NCBI GenBank assembly: GCA_963739455.1
Contig: CAVUAK010000001.1
Span: 480,001 to 544,000, forward strand
Source of the DNA: an uncultured Gemmatimonadales bacterium
GTDB taxonomy: Bacteria > Gemmatimonadota > Gemmatimonadetes > Gemmatimonadales > GWC2-71-9
Reading direction: 5' to 3'
Length of the DNA stretch: 64,000 bases
Part shown: piece by piece, positions 50,990 through 60,846 of the stretch
Position numbering within the stretch: the stretch's first letter is position 1
How the letters are laid out: every line of letters begins with the position of its first letter
Made by a program: the position numbers and the translations under genes
The notes under the pieces: generated by a model
What the model saw: only the letters and a program-made list of their open reading frames with translations
The model's database searches: none
What the model was told of the DNA's origin: nothing

Positions 50990-52144
50990 TCACGGTCCTC
51001 CCGGGCCGCCCGGCGGCCAGGGGTTCGAGAATCGCGGGTCGGTCAGAAACCCCGCATCGGTCAGGCTATGCAGGAAGGCGAGCACGTCTTCCCGCTCGCC
51101 CGGGGTCAGGGTGAAGCCCGAGACCAGGCCGCTCTTGAACGGACTCTGGCTGCCGTTCCCGGCGAACGGCCCCGACTCGATGGTGCGCCCACCCGCCGCA
51201 TAGTGGTCGATGACCTCATCGAGGGTCGCAATGCTTCCGTCGTGCATGTAGGGACCCGTGACCGCGATGTTGCGCAGCGTCGGTGCCTTGAAGCGACCCA
51301 TGTCCTCTGGCTTCAGCGTAAACGTGAAGACTCCCCGGTTGTTGTCGGGGTATGCGCCGGTGCCACCGATGTTGTACAGCCCGTTGTTGAAGAACTCCTG
51401 GTCCCGGAACTCCTTCCCGACGTACTGCACCGAGCCCGAGAGGTTGAAGCTGCTGTGGCAGTGATGGCACTCGAGGCGCTCACTGAAGAAGAGCGCCTCC
51501 CCGCGGACCGCCGACTCGGAAATGGCGCCGCGGTCGCCCGCCAGGTAACGGTCATACGGTGCGTTGCCTGAGATGATCGTGCGCTGGAATGTCGCGAGGG
51601 CCTTGGCGATCGCGTCGATGCTGATCGGATCGCCGGCCTCGGGAAACGCGGCCGGGAACAGCTGCTGGTACGTGCGGTCAGCACGGAACCGTGCGAGCAG
51701 TGCTTCCTCCTCGCCCGACAACCCGAGTTCCACCGGGTTGTCCCCGAACATCGGGATGAGTGCCTGCTGCTCATGGCTTCGCGTCGTCGGGTTGGCCCAG
51801 TTGAGTGAACTGGGATAGGCGACATTCGCAAGGGTCATGCTGTTGCGGGGGTGCGCCTGGCCGGTTGCGCCGACCGCAACGGGGAGCCCATCCGTGAAGG
51901 CACGCGACTGCTGGTGACACGACGCACAAGCGAACTCCTGCGTAATCGACATGCGCTTGTCATAGAACAGGTGCCGCCCCAGGTCCACCTTTGCGTTGGA
52001 CATGGGGTTCGAGTCGGGCACCAGCGGCACCGGAAATCGCGCCGGGAGCCGCCAGGCAAAGCTATCGCCTGACGGCCCGGTGCCGTCACCGCCACCGCAG
52101 CCCGTGAGGGCCGCGGCAGCGAGGATGCCAGTCCAGTACTTCAC
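50990..52144 (-). CDS. mbnH: MbnH-family di-heme enzyme (MauG/CCP superfamily), lipoprotein
   Basis: CASCH and CHHCH heme motifs, LGRHLFYD, FKAPTLRNIA, PYMHDGS; adjacent to MbnP. Confidence 0.88.
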   Translation of the reverse strand: MKYWTGILAAAALTGCGGGDGTGPSGDSFAWRLPARFPVPLVPDSNPMSNAKVDLGRHLFYDKRMSITQEFACASCHQQSRAFTDGLPVAVGATGQAHPRNSMTLANVAYPSSLNWANPTTRSHEQQALIPMFGDNPVELGLSGEEEALLARFRADRTYQQLFPAAFPEAGDPISIDAIAKALATFQRTIISGNAPYDRYLAGDRGAISESAVRGEALFFSERLECHHCHSSFNLSGSVQYVGKEFRDQEFFNNGLYNIGGTGAYPDNNRGVFTFTLKPEDMGRFKAPTLRNIAVTGPYMHDGSIATLDEVIDHYAAGGRTIESGPFAGNGSQSPFKSGLVSGFTLTPGEREDVLAFLHSLTDAGFLTDPRFSNPWPPGGPGGP

Positions 52145-52992
52145 TCAGCCGCCACGCGGAAGAGCTGCTGCGCACCGGCCGGTGCCCCGTTGAACGGGAT
52201 GCCGATGCGCGAGAAGATCGGCGGGCACTCAGGGTCGGTCTGGCTCGACATGCAGCCCGGCTCGTCCCCGTTCTCCTCGTTGACGTTCGACCCGGCGAGG
52301 ACCGCCTTTGGGTCCACGACAATGACCTGGCTCGCCGCGTTGAAGCCCGTGAGCGTTATGGTGGAGCGGTTGGGGAAGTCACACGAGGTGGGCGGTGACG
52401 TGAACGTGGCCCCGTTGCACCCGGTGCTCCCGACGTGAACGAAGAATCCACCCGGCTGCCCGGTAGTGGTCAGGTCCACGCGCAGGAACTTGTACCCGAA
52501 GTTCCAGACCCAGAACATGTCGGTCGAGTTGAGCGGTGCCGAGGCCGTCGCGGCGTCGCCGTGGTTCAGCGCGAACGGAACGCCCAGGGTGAACTTGACC
52601 CCGGTGTACGTGCCCGCGGGCACAGTGCCAGTCACCTTGTAATTGGTCTCGGTCGAGCCGACGCAGTTGCCGGTCCCGTTGTCGAAGTCGAGCAGTGCCA
52701 CATTGTCCAATTGCCATTCACCGTCCTGCGCCAGCGCGACCGGTTCCTCCGCTCCAGATGCCGTAACCAGGCGGACGTCGCTCACGTAGAGCTTGAAGTC
52801 GTTGAACTGGACGTCGGATGCCGTCGTTCCGATATCGGTGTACGTCGTGGTGCATGAGAACGCGGCGTCCCCGACCTGCGGACGGAAGGTGATGGCCACC
52901 GCCTGGTCGCCAGGTTCGTCGCTCGAGCATGCCGCCAGTGCAAAGCTGCCGCCGACCGCCGCAATCATTATTCCCAGAAGATGCTTCTTCAT
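52141..52992 (-). CDS. mbnP: MbnP-family copper-binding lipoprotein
   Basis: Lipobox; LGVPFALNH, MFWVWNFGYKF (WxW), HVGSTGC...C. Confidence 0.88.
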   Translation of the reverse strand: MKKHLLGIMIAAVGGSFALAACSSDEPGDQAVAITFRPQVGDAAFSCTTTYTDIGTTASDVQFNDFKLYVSDVRLVTASGAEEPVALAQDGEWQLDNVALLDFDNGTGNCVGSTETNYKVTGTVPAGTYTGVKFTLGVPFALNHGDAATASAPLNSTDMFWVWNFGYKFLRVDLTTTGQPGGFFVHVGSTGCNGATFTSPPTSCDFPNRSTITLTGFNAASQVIVVDPKAVLAGSNVNEENGDEPGCMSSQTDPECPPIFSRIGIPFNGAPAGAQQLFRVAAE

Positions 52993-53027
52993 CTGTCTCG
53001 ATATCCTTGAATGGGACGTGGATTTCT

Positions 53028-53495
53028 TCAGTGGATCGCGGTGCGCAGCGCCGGCCCACCTTCGGATGCCGTGACGGCGTACGGACCAAAGGAGCGCTCA
53101 TCCGCTTGTGCATCGTGCCCATAGCCGACGGTGGCGCCGGCCGTGGCGCCCGGATCGGCGTTCACCAGCACGTCGTACTGGAACTTCTGGCCCGAGACCG
53201 GCGTGACCGTGGCGAACGAGGACGGATCAAACGTCAGCGACGAGAAATGCTCGGCTTCCAGTTCGCCGTTGATGTTCTCACCATCGGCATCGTAGAAGAC
53301 CACCTCGATACGCGTGGTCGTGCCGCTCGGCAGGGCGTACGGCTCGGGCAGGGCCGTGTTGGTCGCCGCGTTGAACAGCTTTACCGACTCCGGGATGTGG
53401 TGCCCCTCGGCGGGCGCTTCATTGTCGGAGCATGCCGAGAGCGTGAACGCGAACGCGGTGGTAGCCAGCATGAGCTTCAGGATCCGAGCCTTCAT
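53028..53495 (-). CDS. Hypothetical His-containing lipoprotein
   Basis: LSAC lipobox; EGHH, EH and GH motifs; GGAG SD; inside the copper operon. Confidence 0.7.
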   Translation of the reverse strand: MKARILKLMLATTAFAFTLSACSDNEAPAEGHHIPESVKLFNAATNTALPEPYALPSGTTTRIEVVFYDADGENINGELEAEHFSSLTFDPSSFATVTPVSGQKFQYDVLVNADPGATAGATVGYGHDAQADERSFGPYAVTASEGGPALRTAIH

Positions 53496-53529
53496 GGTAT
53501 TGCTCTCCTTGGAGTGAATTTGCCGCTGG

Positions 53530-55584
53530 TCACGGCGTGTCGAAGCTCACCGCCATGCGAAGCACGACGGGAGTCCCGGGGTTGATGAATCCGCTGGAGC
53601 GGATTTCTGGGAACTTGGTGCTGGTGACGTTCTGGATGGCGATATCGAGGACTGGCCCTCCGTGACCGAGTGGCAGCTGGCCGCCGAGGTCGAGCACGGC
53701 AAATGGCTGTGTTTGTACCGCAGGCTCGCCAATCGGCGTGAATGGCCCGCCGATGCGGAGCCGCGCGCCCACCAGGCCCCTGTTCCCGATGCGATACTCA
53801 GCACCCAGCGATCCGGTGTAGTCGGCGACCGCGGGCACGGGATCGCCGGGGCGGGGCGGAATGGTGTGGAACATGATGGTCGGGTCGACCTGGATCGTGC
53901 CGTCCAGAAGCGCGGCGACGGGCGCCGAGACGCTCGGAGCATCCCCTCCCTTGATACGCGCGTTGTTCAAGATGGCGTTCGCGTCGAAGTGCAGCCTGCT
54001 GGTGGCCTGCCAGCCCAACCGGGCGGAGACGCCCTGCCGGTAGCTGGACCCGGTGTCGAGGATGAGGAGCGTGGTCGGATCCTGGATCCGGTCGTTCTGC
54101 ACATCCATCCGGAAGAGCGCCAGGTCGGCAGTGAGTCCGCCGAACACGAACTGCGTGCCAACCTCGATGCCCCACATGCTGAGCGGCGGCAAGGACGGAT
54201 CGGTGACGACGCCTGGTGCGCCGCGAAAGCCGCGCGCCACCGACGCCAGCAGCGCAGCCTTGCTGCTGAGGATGTAGCGAGCCCCAAGCTTGGGGTTCAC
54301 CTGCACCGAAGTCGCGTGCACCATCGGTGCGTTCGCCACCTGGAGGTTCTGGCTGCCGTACTGCAGCACGTCCAGCCGCAGGCCGACGTCGAATGCCACC
54401 TTCGACCAGGCGAACTTCTGCCACCGCCCAAACAGCGACCCGGACAGGTACTGGCCGTTGTTCAGCGTCGTGGTTTCCTCAACCACGCGGTCTTGCGTCT
54501 GGTACAGGTCGTACTTGCTGAGGTCGAGACGGCCTGCCACGCCCGCTGTGAACTCGCCCGCCGAACCGTTCCATCCCATCCGTGCCTGGGTCCCAAAGGC
54601 GACGCGACGATCGAGTTCCTCCTCTTGCTGCTGCACACCATCGTCGGGCACCGTGAGGAACATGTGGGTCCGCACGCCCTGCACCCAGCCTGAGACCTCC
54701 ATGCCGGTACCCGTGCTGCTGACCGTCGTGTAGCGCCCGGTCGCAATGATCCGCTGCGCATCGCCGCCATCGCTGGTGTCGATCGCGGCGGTCAGGTCAC
54801 CCTCGTTGTACTGCTGCACCGAGAGAAATCCCGGTGAACGCCAGTCGGAGCCATACAGCAACAGGCCGCCCTCGAGACGCCCCTTCCCCGCCTGGTGCCA
54901 GCCGCGCAGCGAGCCGCTCCCCAGCCAGTAGCTCGAGTTGTCCCGCCATCCCTGCTCCCGTTCGCCCATCGCGCTGGTGAAGAAGCCCGCCTTGTCGCCC
55001 CGCCTGCCGGTGCGCACCCAGCCAGTCACGTCACCGAAACTGGAGACGCCGACCTGCCCGCTTGTCGCGTTCAGGTCTGTCGGTGACGACACCTCGATTA
55101 CGCCACCGAAGTTGAAGTCGCCATAGAACGGGCTGGCCGGACCATGGATCACCCGCATCGCGCCGACCGATGGCGCGGCGAGCGGACTCCAGTCGCTGTA
55201 TCCCTCCACATGGCCGTGAATCGGCAGGTTGATCGGCACGCCATCGAGAACGAGGAGCGCATCGGACGAGTGATCCGAGGAAAACCCGCGCAGCACGACG
55301 TTCGAGGCAAACCCAGGGCCCTGCCCCTGCTCGTGCACCTCGACGCCCGTGGTGCGGCGCACCAGGTCCCACGTGTTGGTGGCCTGGGTGCTACGCAGCG
55401 TCGCCGGATCGACCGTGATGGTCGACACCGGTGGCGCCGCGTCGCGCTTGGGCCCAGCCGCGACGACCAGCGAATCGAGTGTGTGCACCTTTCCCGAATC
55501 GGAGCGCTCCTGCGCCGACAGGGGTAAGGCACCCGCAACAGCCGCGACCATCGTCGTGACGATGATCTGCCTGCAAGACATCAT
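53530..55584 (-). CDS. TonB-dependent receptor (metal-uptake type)
   Basis: Signal peptide; plug LRGF..DH, DGVPINLPIHGHVEGY; beta-barrel pattern; GGAG SD before the ATG at 55584. Confidence 0.9.
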   Translation of the reverse strand: MMSCRQIIVTTMVAAVAGALPLSAQERSDSGKVHTLDSLVVAAGPKRDAAPPVSTITVDPATLRSTQATNTWDLVRRTTGVEVHEQGQGPGFASNVVLRGFSSDHSSDALLVLDGVPINLPIHGHVEGYSDWSPLAAPSVGAMRVIHGPASPFYGDFNFGGVIEVSSPTDLNATSGQVGVSSFGDVTGWVRTGRRGDKAGFFTSAMGEREQGWRDNSSYWLGSGSLRGWHQAGKGRLEGGLLLYGSDWRSPGFLSVQQYNEGDLTAAIDTSDGGDAQRIIATGRYTTVSSTGTGMEVSGWVQGVRTHMFLTVPDDGVQQQEEELDRRVAFGTQARMGWNGSAGEFTAGVAGRLDLSKYDLYQTQDRVVEETTTLNNGQYLSGSLFGRWQKFAWSKVAFDVGLRLDVLQYGSQNLQVANAPMVHATSVQVNPKLGARYILSSKAALLASVARGFRGAPGVVTDPSLPPLSMWGIEVGTQFVFGGLTADLALFRMDVQNDRIQDPTTLLILDTGSSYRQGVSARLGWQATSRLHFDANAILNNARIKGGDAPSVSAPVAALLDGTIQVDPTIMFHTIPPRPGDPVPAVADYTGSLGAEYRIGNRGLVGARLRIGGPFTPIGEPAVQTQPFAVLDLGGQLPLGHGGPVLDIAIQNVTSTKFPEIRSSGFINPGTPVVLRMAVSFDTP

Positions 55585-55649
55585 GTGACTCCAGGGACAG
55601 CGACGCACGCCCCTCATTCGCAGGCGCGCACAACAACGGGACTAGCGGG

Positions 55650-56042
55650 TCAGGCGGGGAGGCTGCTGGGAGGACCGACGGCGAAGGGGAGAAGGTGCTG
55701 CCTGACCGCCGGGAGGCGATCGGCACTGCGGACAAGTTCGGAACGGGTAATCGCCGGCACCACCCGCGGACCGGTGGCGACCGACGCCGGCACGGCCAGC
55801 ACTGTGCCGCAGGAGTGCCCGACACACTGGCACGTCTTGCTGTGCGACGAGTGCTCCGAGGGTGCCTGCTGGTGCCCGTGGCGCCCGGCGTGGGTGCCAC
55901 CGGACGCCTGTGCCCCGGCGGAAGCCGGGTGGGCGCAGCCATGCATGATCGTCGGCGTCGCCACGTTCAGGGAGAACCCGAACATGGCAGCGGCGGCGAT
56001 ACACTGCCGGGCGACCGATCGCAGGACGGACAGGGGCATCAT
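55650..56042 (-). CDS. DUF2946-like His/Cys-rich leader protein ending LPFAVGPP
   Basis: Hydrophobic N-terminus, His-rich middle, CQCVGHSC, Pro-rich C-terminus; ends 65 nt upstream of the TonB receptor start. Confidence 0.65.
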   Translation of the reverse strand: MMPLSVLRSVARQCIAAAAMFGFSLNVATPTIMHGCAHPASAGAQASGGTHAGRHGHQQAPSEHSSHSKTCQCVGHSCGTVLAVPASVATGPRVVPAITRSELVRSADRLPAVRQHLLPFAVGPPSSLPA

Positions 56043-56219
56043 GACGGGCGTAAATGTGCCCGGCCACCCCCGGTCAGGCAATACGTCATGGTTCGGCACA
56101 GTTTCGGGTTGGGACACCCCCGGGGAGCTGGGGCCGCAACTTTTCTCTGGTGAGCCCGTACGGCCCGCCATTACCTTAGTGCCCGCGCCTTGAACCCCTT
56201 CTGGGAGACCGACTTGAGA

Positions 56220-57935
56220 ATGCGCCTGAAACTGGGGCCGATCGCCCTGGCCGCCTTGGCTGCGTGCAGCAGCGGCCAGAAGACCCCTGCCACCCAGCCG
56301 AGCCCTGGTACCGCCTTCCCCGCGGTGTCGCCGGCCACGCTGAAGAGCGACCTCTACGCCTTCGCCGATGACTCGATGCAGGGCCGGGAAACCGGCACGA
56401 TCGGCAACGTGAAGGGCACCAACTTCATCGCGGCACAGGCGAAGAAGCTCGGCCTCGAGCCGGCCGGCGAGAACGGAACCTGGTTCCAGATCGTGCCGCT
56501 GGTGCGGAAGGGCCTCGATCCCAAGTCGACACTGGCCGCAGGTGGGACAACGCTGGCCGCCAAGGACTGGGTCAGTTTCGGTGCCATTTCCCAGCTTGGC
56601 TTCGCCCCGTCACTCGTCGGTCCCGCGATCGGGTCGGTGTACGCCGGGCGCATTGGCGACACCACCGTCAGCCTGACCGACGCACAGATCGCCGGGAAGC
56701 TGGTCGTGTTCCAGCCGCCCATCGGGAAGAGCGGCCAGCCGGTGTGGCAGTTCTGGCAGGGTCTCGACCGGAAGAAGTACGCGAGCGCCGCAGGCATTGC
56801 AGTCGTGGCGCTCGATATCACTCCGCCACAGGTAGTCGAGTTCCTGTCGAAGACCCAGGAGTCGCTCAAGAGCGAGGGCGAGACGCCGACAGCGACTGGC
56901 CCGTTCGCCATGCTGATCACGCCTGCCGCCGCGGAAGCCATCCTCGGCGCCAGCCCAGCGACCCTCACGGCCGGTGCATCAGGCCGTCCGGTGAACGCGA
57001 ACATCACCATGCTGTCCTCGGCCGTCGATACGCCGGCCCGGAACGTCGTCGCGATCCTCCGGGGCAGTGACCCCAAACTCATGAGCCAGTACGTCGCGAT
57101 CGGCGCGCACAACGATCACATCGGCCTGTCCGATTCGCCGCCGGTCGATCACGACTCGATCTGGGCGTACAACCACATCATGCGGCCGGCCGGTGCCGAG
57201 AGCGACAACCAGAAGCCGACCCCGGAGCAGTGGGTAAAGGTGAAGGCCACGCTCGACAGCCTTCGCAAGGTGAACAAGCCGCGCCTCGACTCCATCAACA
57301 ACGGCGCGGACGATGACGGCTCCGGTTCAGTCTCGGTGCTCGGCATTGCCGGCGCGCTGGTGAAGAGCAAGGTCAAGCCACGCCGGACGATCCTGTTCGT
57401 GTGGCACACTGGCGAGGAGAAGGGTCTCTGGGGCTCGGAGTACTTCACCGACCATCCCACCGTGCCACGCGACTCCATCGTGGCGCAGTTGAACATCGAC
57501 ATGGTCGGGCGCGGCATGGAAACCGACGATGTCCTGGGTGATGGCACCGCCAAGGGTGGCCCGAACTACCTGCAGCTCGTCGGGTCACGCCGCCTCTCCA
57601 CCCAGCTCGGTGACCTGGTGGAAAAGGTCAACGTGGACGGGAAGTACGGTTTCGCCTTCGACTACACCTTCGATGCCAATGGTCACCCGGCGAACATCTA
57701 CTGCCGCAGCGACCATGCGAACTATGCCCGCTACGGCATCCCGGTCGTGTTCTTCACCACCGGCGTGCATCAGGACTACCACCAGTTGACTGACGAACCA
57801 CAGTTCATCAACTACGACAAGATGGCGCGCATCGACACGTTCATCGCCAACGTGGCGCTGCTGGTGGCGAACGATGACCAGCGCCTGGTGGTCGACAAGC
57901 CGAAGCCCGATCCGACGGCGCCCTGCAAGCAGTGA
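56220..57935 (+). CDS. M28 family metallopeptidase lipoprotein
   Basis: GAHNDH, NGADDDGSG, GEEKGLWGS, NIDMVG, RSDH, DYH. Confidence 0.93.
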   Translation: MRLKLGPIALAALAACSSGQKTPATQPSPGTAFPAVSPATLKSDLYAFADDSMQGRETGTIGNVKGTNFIAAQAKKLGLEPAGENGTWFQIVPLVRKGLDPKSTLAAGGTTLAAKDWVSFGAISQLGFAPSLVGPAIGSVYAGRIGDTTVSLTDAQIAGKLVVFQPPIGKSGQPVWQFWQGLDRKKYASAAGIAVVALDITPPQVVEFLSKTQESLKSEGETPTATGPFAMLITPAAAEAILGASPATLTAGASGRPVNANITMLSSAVDTPARNVVAILRGSDPKLMSQYVAIGAHNDHIGLSDSPPVDHDSIWAYNHIMRPAGAESDNQKPTPEQWVKVKATLDSLRKVNKPRLDSINNGADDDGSGSVSVLGIAGALVKSKVKPRRTILFVWHTGEEKGLWGSEYFTDHPTVPRDSIVAQLNIDMVGRGMETDDVLGDGTAKGGPNYLQLVGSRRLSTQLGDLVEKVNVDGKYGFAFDYTFDANGHPANIYCRSDHANYARYGIPVVFFTTGVHQDYHQLTDEPQFINYDKMARIDTFIANVALLVANDDQRLVVDKPKPDPTAPCKQ

Positions 57936-58049
57936 ACAGTCGGCAGTAAGCAGTCGGCAGACAGTTTGCCATCAGCAAGAAGGGGAGGAGCGACTGACGC
58001 GCTCCTCCCCTTCGCCGTTTTCTGTCGACTGCCCGCTGACGACTGCCGA
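57930..58049. terminator. Stem-loop between convergent genes, extended by inverted heptamer arrays
   Basis: 14-bp perfect stem at 57979-58013; CAGnnnn x5 on the left and CTGnnnn x4 on the right. Confidence 0.7.
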
Positions 58050-58058
58050 CGCGCTACT

Positions 58059-59000
58059 TCACCAGCGCGCCACGAAGCCCCGGGTATCGACGTGCACAAA
58101 GGGGCCGTGTGCCCCGGTGCTGCGGTAAATGCCGATGCCGCCGGTCAGTTCAGGATGCTCACTCTCCACCTGGTCAGCGATGCGGGCAAGGTAGCGAGCA
58201 TCGGCGACATTGATCCGGCCATCGCCGTTCAGGTCATCCATGCGACCGTTGCCATCGGCATCCACATAGATGTCGGAAGCATCACCGTACATGTGCCGGC
58301 TGTCCTTCGCGCGGCCGCAGCGGCGGCAGACCCCCTTCGCGTTGTACTGCGGCGTGCGGAAACCGGAGAGCACCTTGATGGTGGACGGCTTGCCCAGGCG
58401 TTCAAGTTCATCCGCGATGAGTTCGAGCTTGTCGAGCAGCGTCGGCTGTACCACGAGGTACTTGGGCCACACCGCGCCCTGGTCCTTCGTCAGGAAGTCG
58501 CGCACCCTGAACCGGGACGATAGCATCACGTCCTGGTTTTCCTCCGTCACCTCGATGAATCCCTCAGGGAGCCCGTACAGCGTCACCGGCTTCCGCTCGC
58601 GCGGCCAGTAGCCAATACGATAGCCCTGGAAAGTGCTGCCGTTCTTGGCTGCAAAGGGGATGAGCGCGATGAGGGCGACGGAATCGCCTGCAGGTGAGAC
58701 CAGGCCTACCTGGTGAATTCCCGCCTGCGCGATGCCGTACTGCTCCATGATCGCCGCGAGTTCCGGGCTTTCACCGATTTTTTCCGGGGTGACCTGGACT
58801 GCCCGCAGCTTGCCGCTGAATCCGAGGAATTGCGGCAGGACAACATTTGCACTGTCCTTCACCGGAATCGAATCGCTGCTGACAACCCGCCGCGGGGCGC
58901 TCATACCGAGGGTGGTCGCAAGTAGCGCAAGCGCAACAACAACCGTTCCGGTTGCCGATGCGAGCCGCTTTGCCTGCCAACCATGCCTCGCCTGCGCCAT
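58059..59000 (-). CDS. Peptidase M15 (YcbK/MepK-like) cell-wall metallopeptidase
   Basis: SGFRTPQYN, SRHMYGDASD, FVHVDTRG. Confidence 0.85.
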   Translation of the reverse strand: MAQARHGWQAKRLASATGTVVVALALLATTLGMSAPRRVVSSDSIPVKDSANVVLPQFLGFSGKLRAVQVTPEKIGESPELAAIMEQYGIAQAGIHQVGLVSPAGDSVALIALIPFAAKNGSTFQGYRIGYWPRERKPVTLYGLPEGFIEVTEENQDVMLSSRFRVRDFLTKDQGAVWPKYLVVQPTLLDKLELIADELERLGKPSTIKVLSGFRTPQYNAKGVCRRCGRAKDSRHMYGDASDIYVDADGNGRMDDLNGDGRINVADARYLARIADQVESEHPELTGGIGIYRSTGAHGPFVHVDTRGFVARW

Positions 59001-59108
59001 GCGATGCCCTTCCGTCCGGTGATAGCCCGTACAATGACAAGATACGGGCCGGATCAGCAGGGAAGATAGGCCTCGCCCGGGATGGGCGGCACCCGCAAGA
59101 GTTGGTGT

Positions 59109-60842
59109 CTACTTCTTTTTCACTGAGGGGTCTACCAGGGGAACCTGCCGCGGCGGGTAGGGATAGCCCTGGCGCAGGGCCAGTTCCATGTTGCGATCGC
59201 GCCCGTAGACATCGGCGACGAAATCGACCCCGCCGTCCTCACGGGGCACCGCCGTCTCGTACACCAGCCGAACCGGCACCCCCTGGCCCAGCGTCACGTC
59301 GACCGGCGTGGGTGAGGCCATCGCCTTTTTCATCCGCTCCGCGGTCCACGCCGAGTCGGCCCGGAGCAGCCACGTGGCGAGCGACGACGCATTCGCCAGG
59401 CGGATGCATCCATGGCTCTCGGCGCGATTGGCCCGCTGGAAGGTGGACTTGGTCGGCGTATCGTGCAGGTACACGCCGTATGGATTGGGGAAGATGAACT
59501 TCACGTTCCCCAGGGCATTCACGTCGCCGGGCCGCTGTCGCACACCGATCGAGTCACCCACCAACGCCAGGTTTTCCGGCGTCGCCGGGACCACGACACC
59601 CTTCCGGACCAGCTCCATCCCCTGACGCGTGAGGTACATCGAGTCGGTCAGGGCCTTGGGTACGATTTCATCCCGGATGATCCGGGGTGGCACCCGCCAC
59701 GTGGGACTGAAAACGATCATGTCGAGCGTGCTCGCGAGCTCCGGCGTCTCATTCCGCCCGCGCCCGCCCACGACCACGTTCATCGCGATCGGCGGTGGGC
59801 CGTCCATGGACGGCTGCACGACCCGCATGCGGAACTCGGGGATGTTGACCCGGATCCAGAGGCTGTCGACGGGTGGCGCCGGGAGCGCCCGCATCCGCTC
59901 CATCGTCATGCTGATCGACCGCACCGGCGTCTCGAACGGAGCATTGATCCGGGCTGCCGTCTTCTTCGCGATGATGCCGTCCGTCGGCAGGTTCTCCCGC
60001 TGCTGCAGCCGCTTTACTCCCCGCGCCAGCGTATTGTCGTAGATCGTATCCGCCTCGGCGGGTGGCGCCGCAAGCGTGTCGGGGATGTCACCCAGGGACA
60101 CGAGGAGCCGGCGCAGCGCCGCCGCGCCAGCATAGGGCTGGCCGGGTGCCAGCCGCGCCGGGAAAGGCGGGAGCATTGTCAGGGTGCTGTCGGCGGCGAG
60201 CTTGCGATAGCGCGCGAGCGCCGCCTGCAGCTGACGATATCCCGGACTTCGGTCCTCGAGCTGGAACAGCACCGTCGCCGGTTCGGGCGACATCCGGACC
60301 GTGGTGATGACCTCCCCCACATCCATCGGGGCGCGGCGGACGGTGAGGATCCCCTTCCCGATGTTCACGGTGTCGTCCACCCAGCGCAGCCGCGCGCGCC
60401 CGTAGCGCATCGCCGAGACATAGCGGATCGCGTCCACTGCGAGCCGCGCATCGAAGGCGGCGAGATCGGCGGCTGCCCAGCCGGTGTCCCCCCGCTCCAG
60501 CACCGCAAGCAGGCTGTCGTGCACCGCCGCGTTGAAATCGGCCGGGTCGAGGCCAAGGTCACCCAGCGCCAGCAGTCGCTGCACCAGCGCGCGCGTCGCG
60601 GCCGTCGGCCGGCTGAGTGAGTCCAGGAAGAGCGGCTGCCAGCCGTTGGCTTCATAGAGCCCCCGCAACGTCGCGCGCGCATCGCTCACGTCCGACCAGC
60701 GCATCGCATCGAACCGCCGTGCCGCCGCACGCTCCCGCAGGCTCACGGAGACGCTCGAGTCGCCCGCCGCCGCGAGCGCGGAGGGAACCTGGGTGCCTGC
60801 GGGGGTGGCGATCAGGAACAGCGCGGCGAGGCCCGGAAGCAC
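59109..60842 (-). CDS. YcbB/LdtD-type L,D-transpeptidase
   Basis: Scaffold and PG-binding domains; VNIPEF, P.W.VP, YLHDTP...SHGCIRL. Confidence 0.9.
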   Translation of the reverse strand: MLPGLAALFLIATPAGTQVPSALAAAGDSSVSVSLRERAAARRFDAMRWSDVSDARATLRGLYEANGWQPLFLDSLSRPTAATRALVQRLLALGDLGLDPADFNAAVHDSLLAVLERGDTGWAAADLAAFDARLAVDAIRYVSAMRYGRARLRWVDDTVNIGKGILTVRRAPMDVGEVITTVRMSPEPATVLFQLEDRSPGYRQLQAALARYRKLAADSTLTMLPPFPARLAPGQPYAGAAALRRLLVSLGDIPDTLAAPPAEADTIYDNTLARGVKRLQQRENLPTDGIIAKKTAARINAPFETPVRSISMTMERMRALPAPPVDSLWIRVNIPEFRMRVVQPSMDGPPPIAMNVVVGGRGRNETPELASTLDMIVFSPTWRVPPRIIRDEIVPKALTDSMYLTRQGMELVRKGVVVPATPENLALVGDSIGVRQRPGDVNALGNVKFIFPNPYGVYLHDTPTKSTFQRANRAESHGCIRLANASSLATWLLRADSAWTAERMKKAMASPTPVDVTLGQGVPVRLVYETAVPREDGGVDFVADVYGRDRNMELALRQGYPYPPRQVPLVDPSVKKK

Positions 60843-60846
60843 CAGG

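Noticed and set aside
50990..52992. Methanobactin biosynthetic cluster
   Set aside because: No MbnA precursor, MbnB or MbnC is visible; MbnP/MbnH pairs commonly occur without them.
56110..56130. CsoR-like operator (ACACCCCCGGGGAG) upstream of the copper operon
   Set aside because: It has the C/G tracts but lacks the flanking TAC/GTA, and no csoR gene is in the window.
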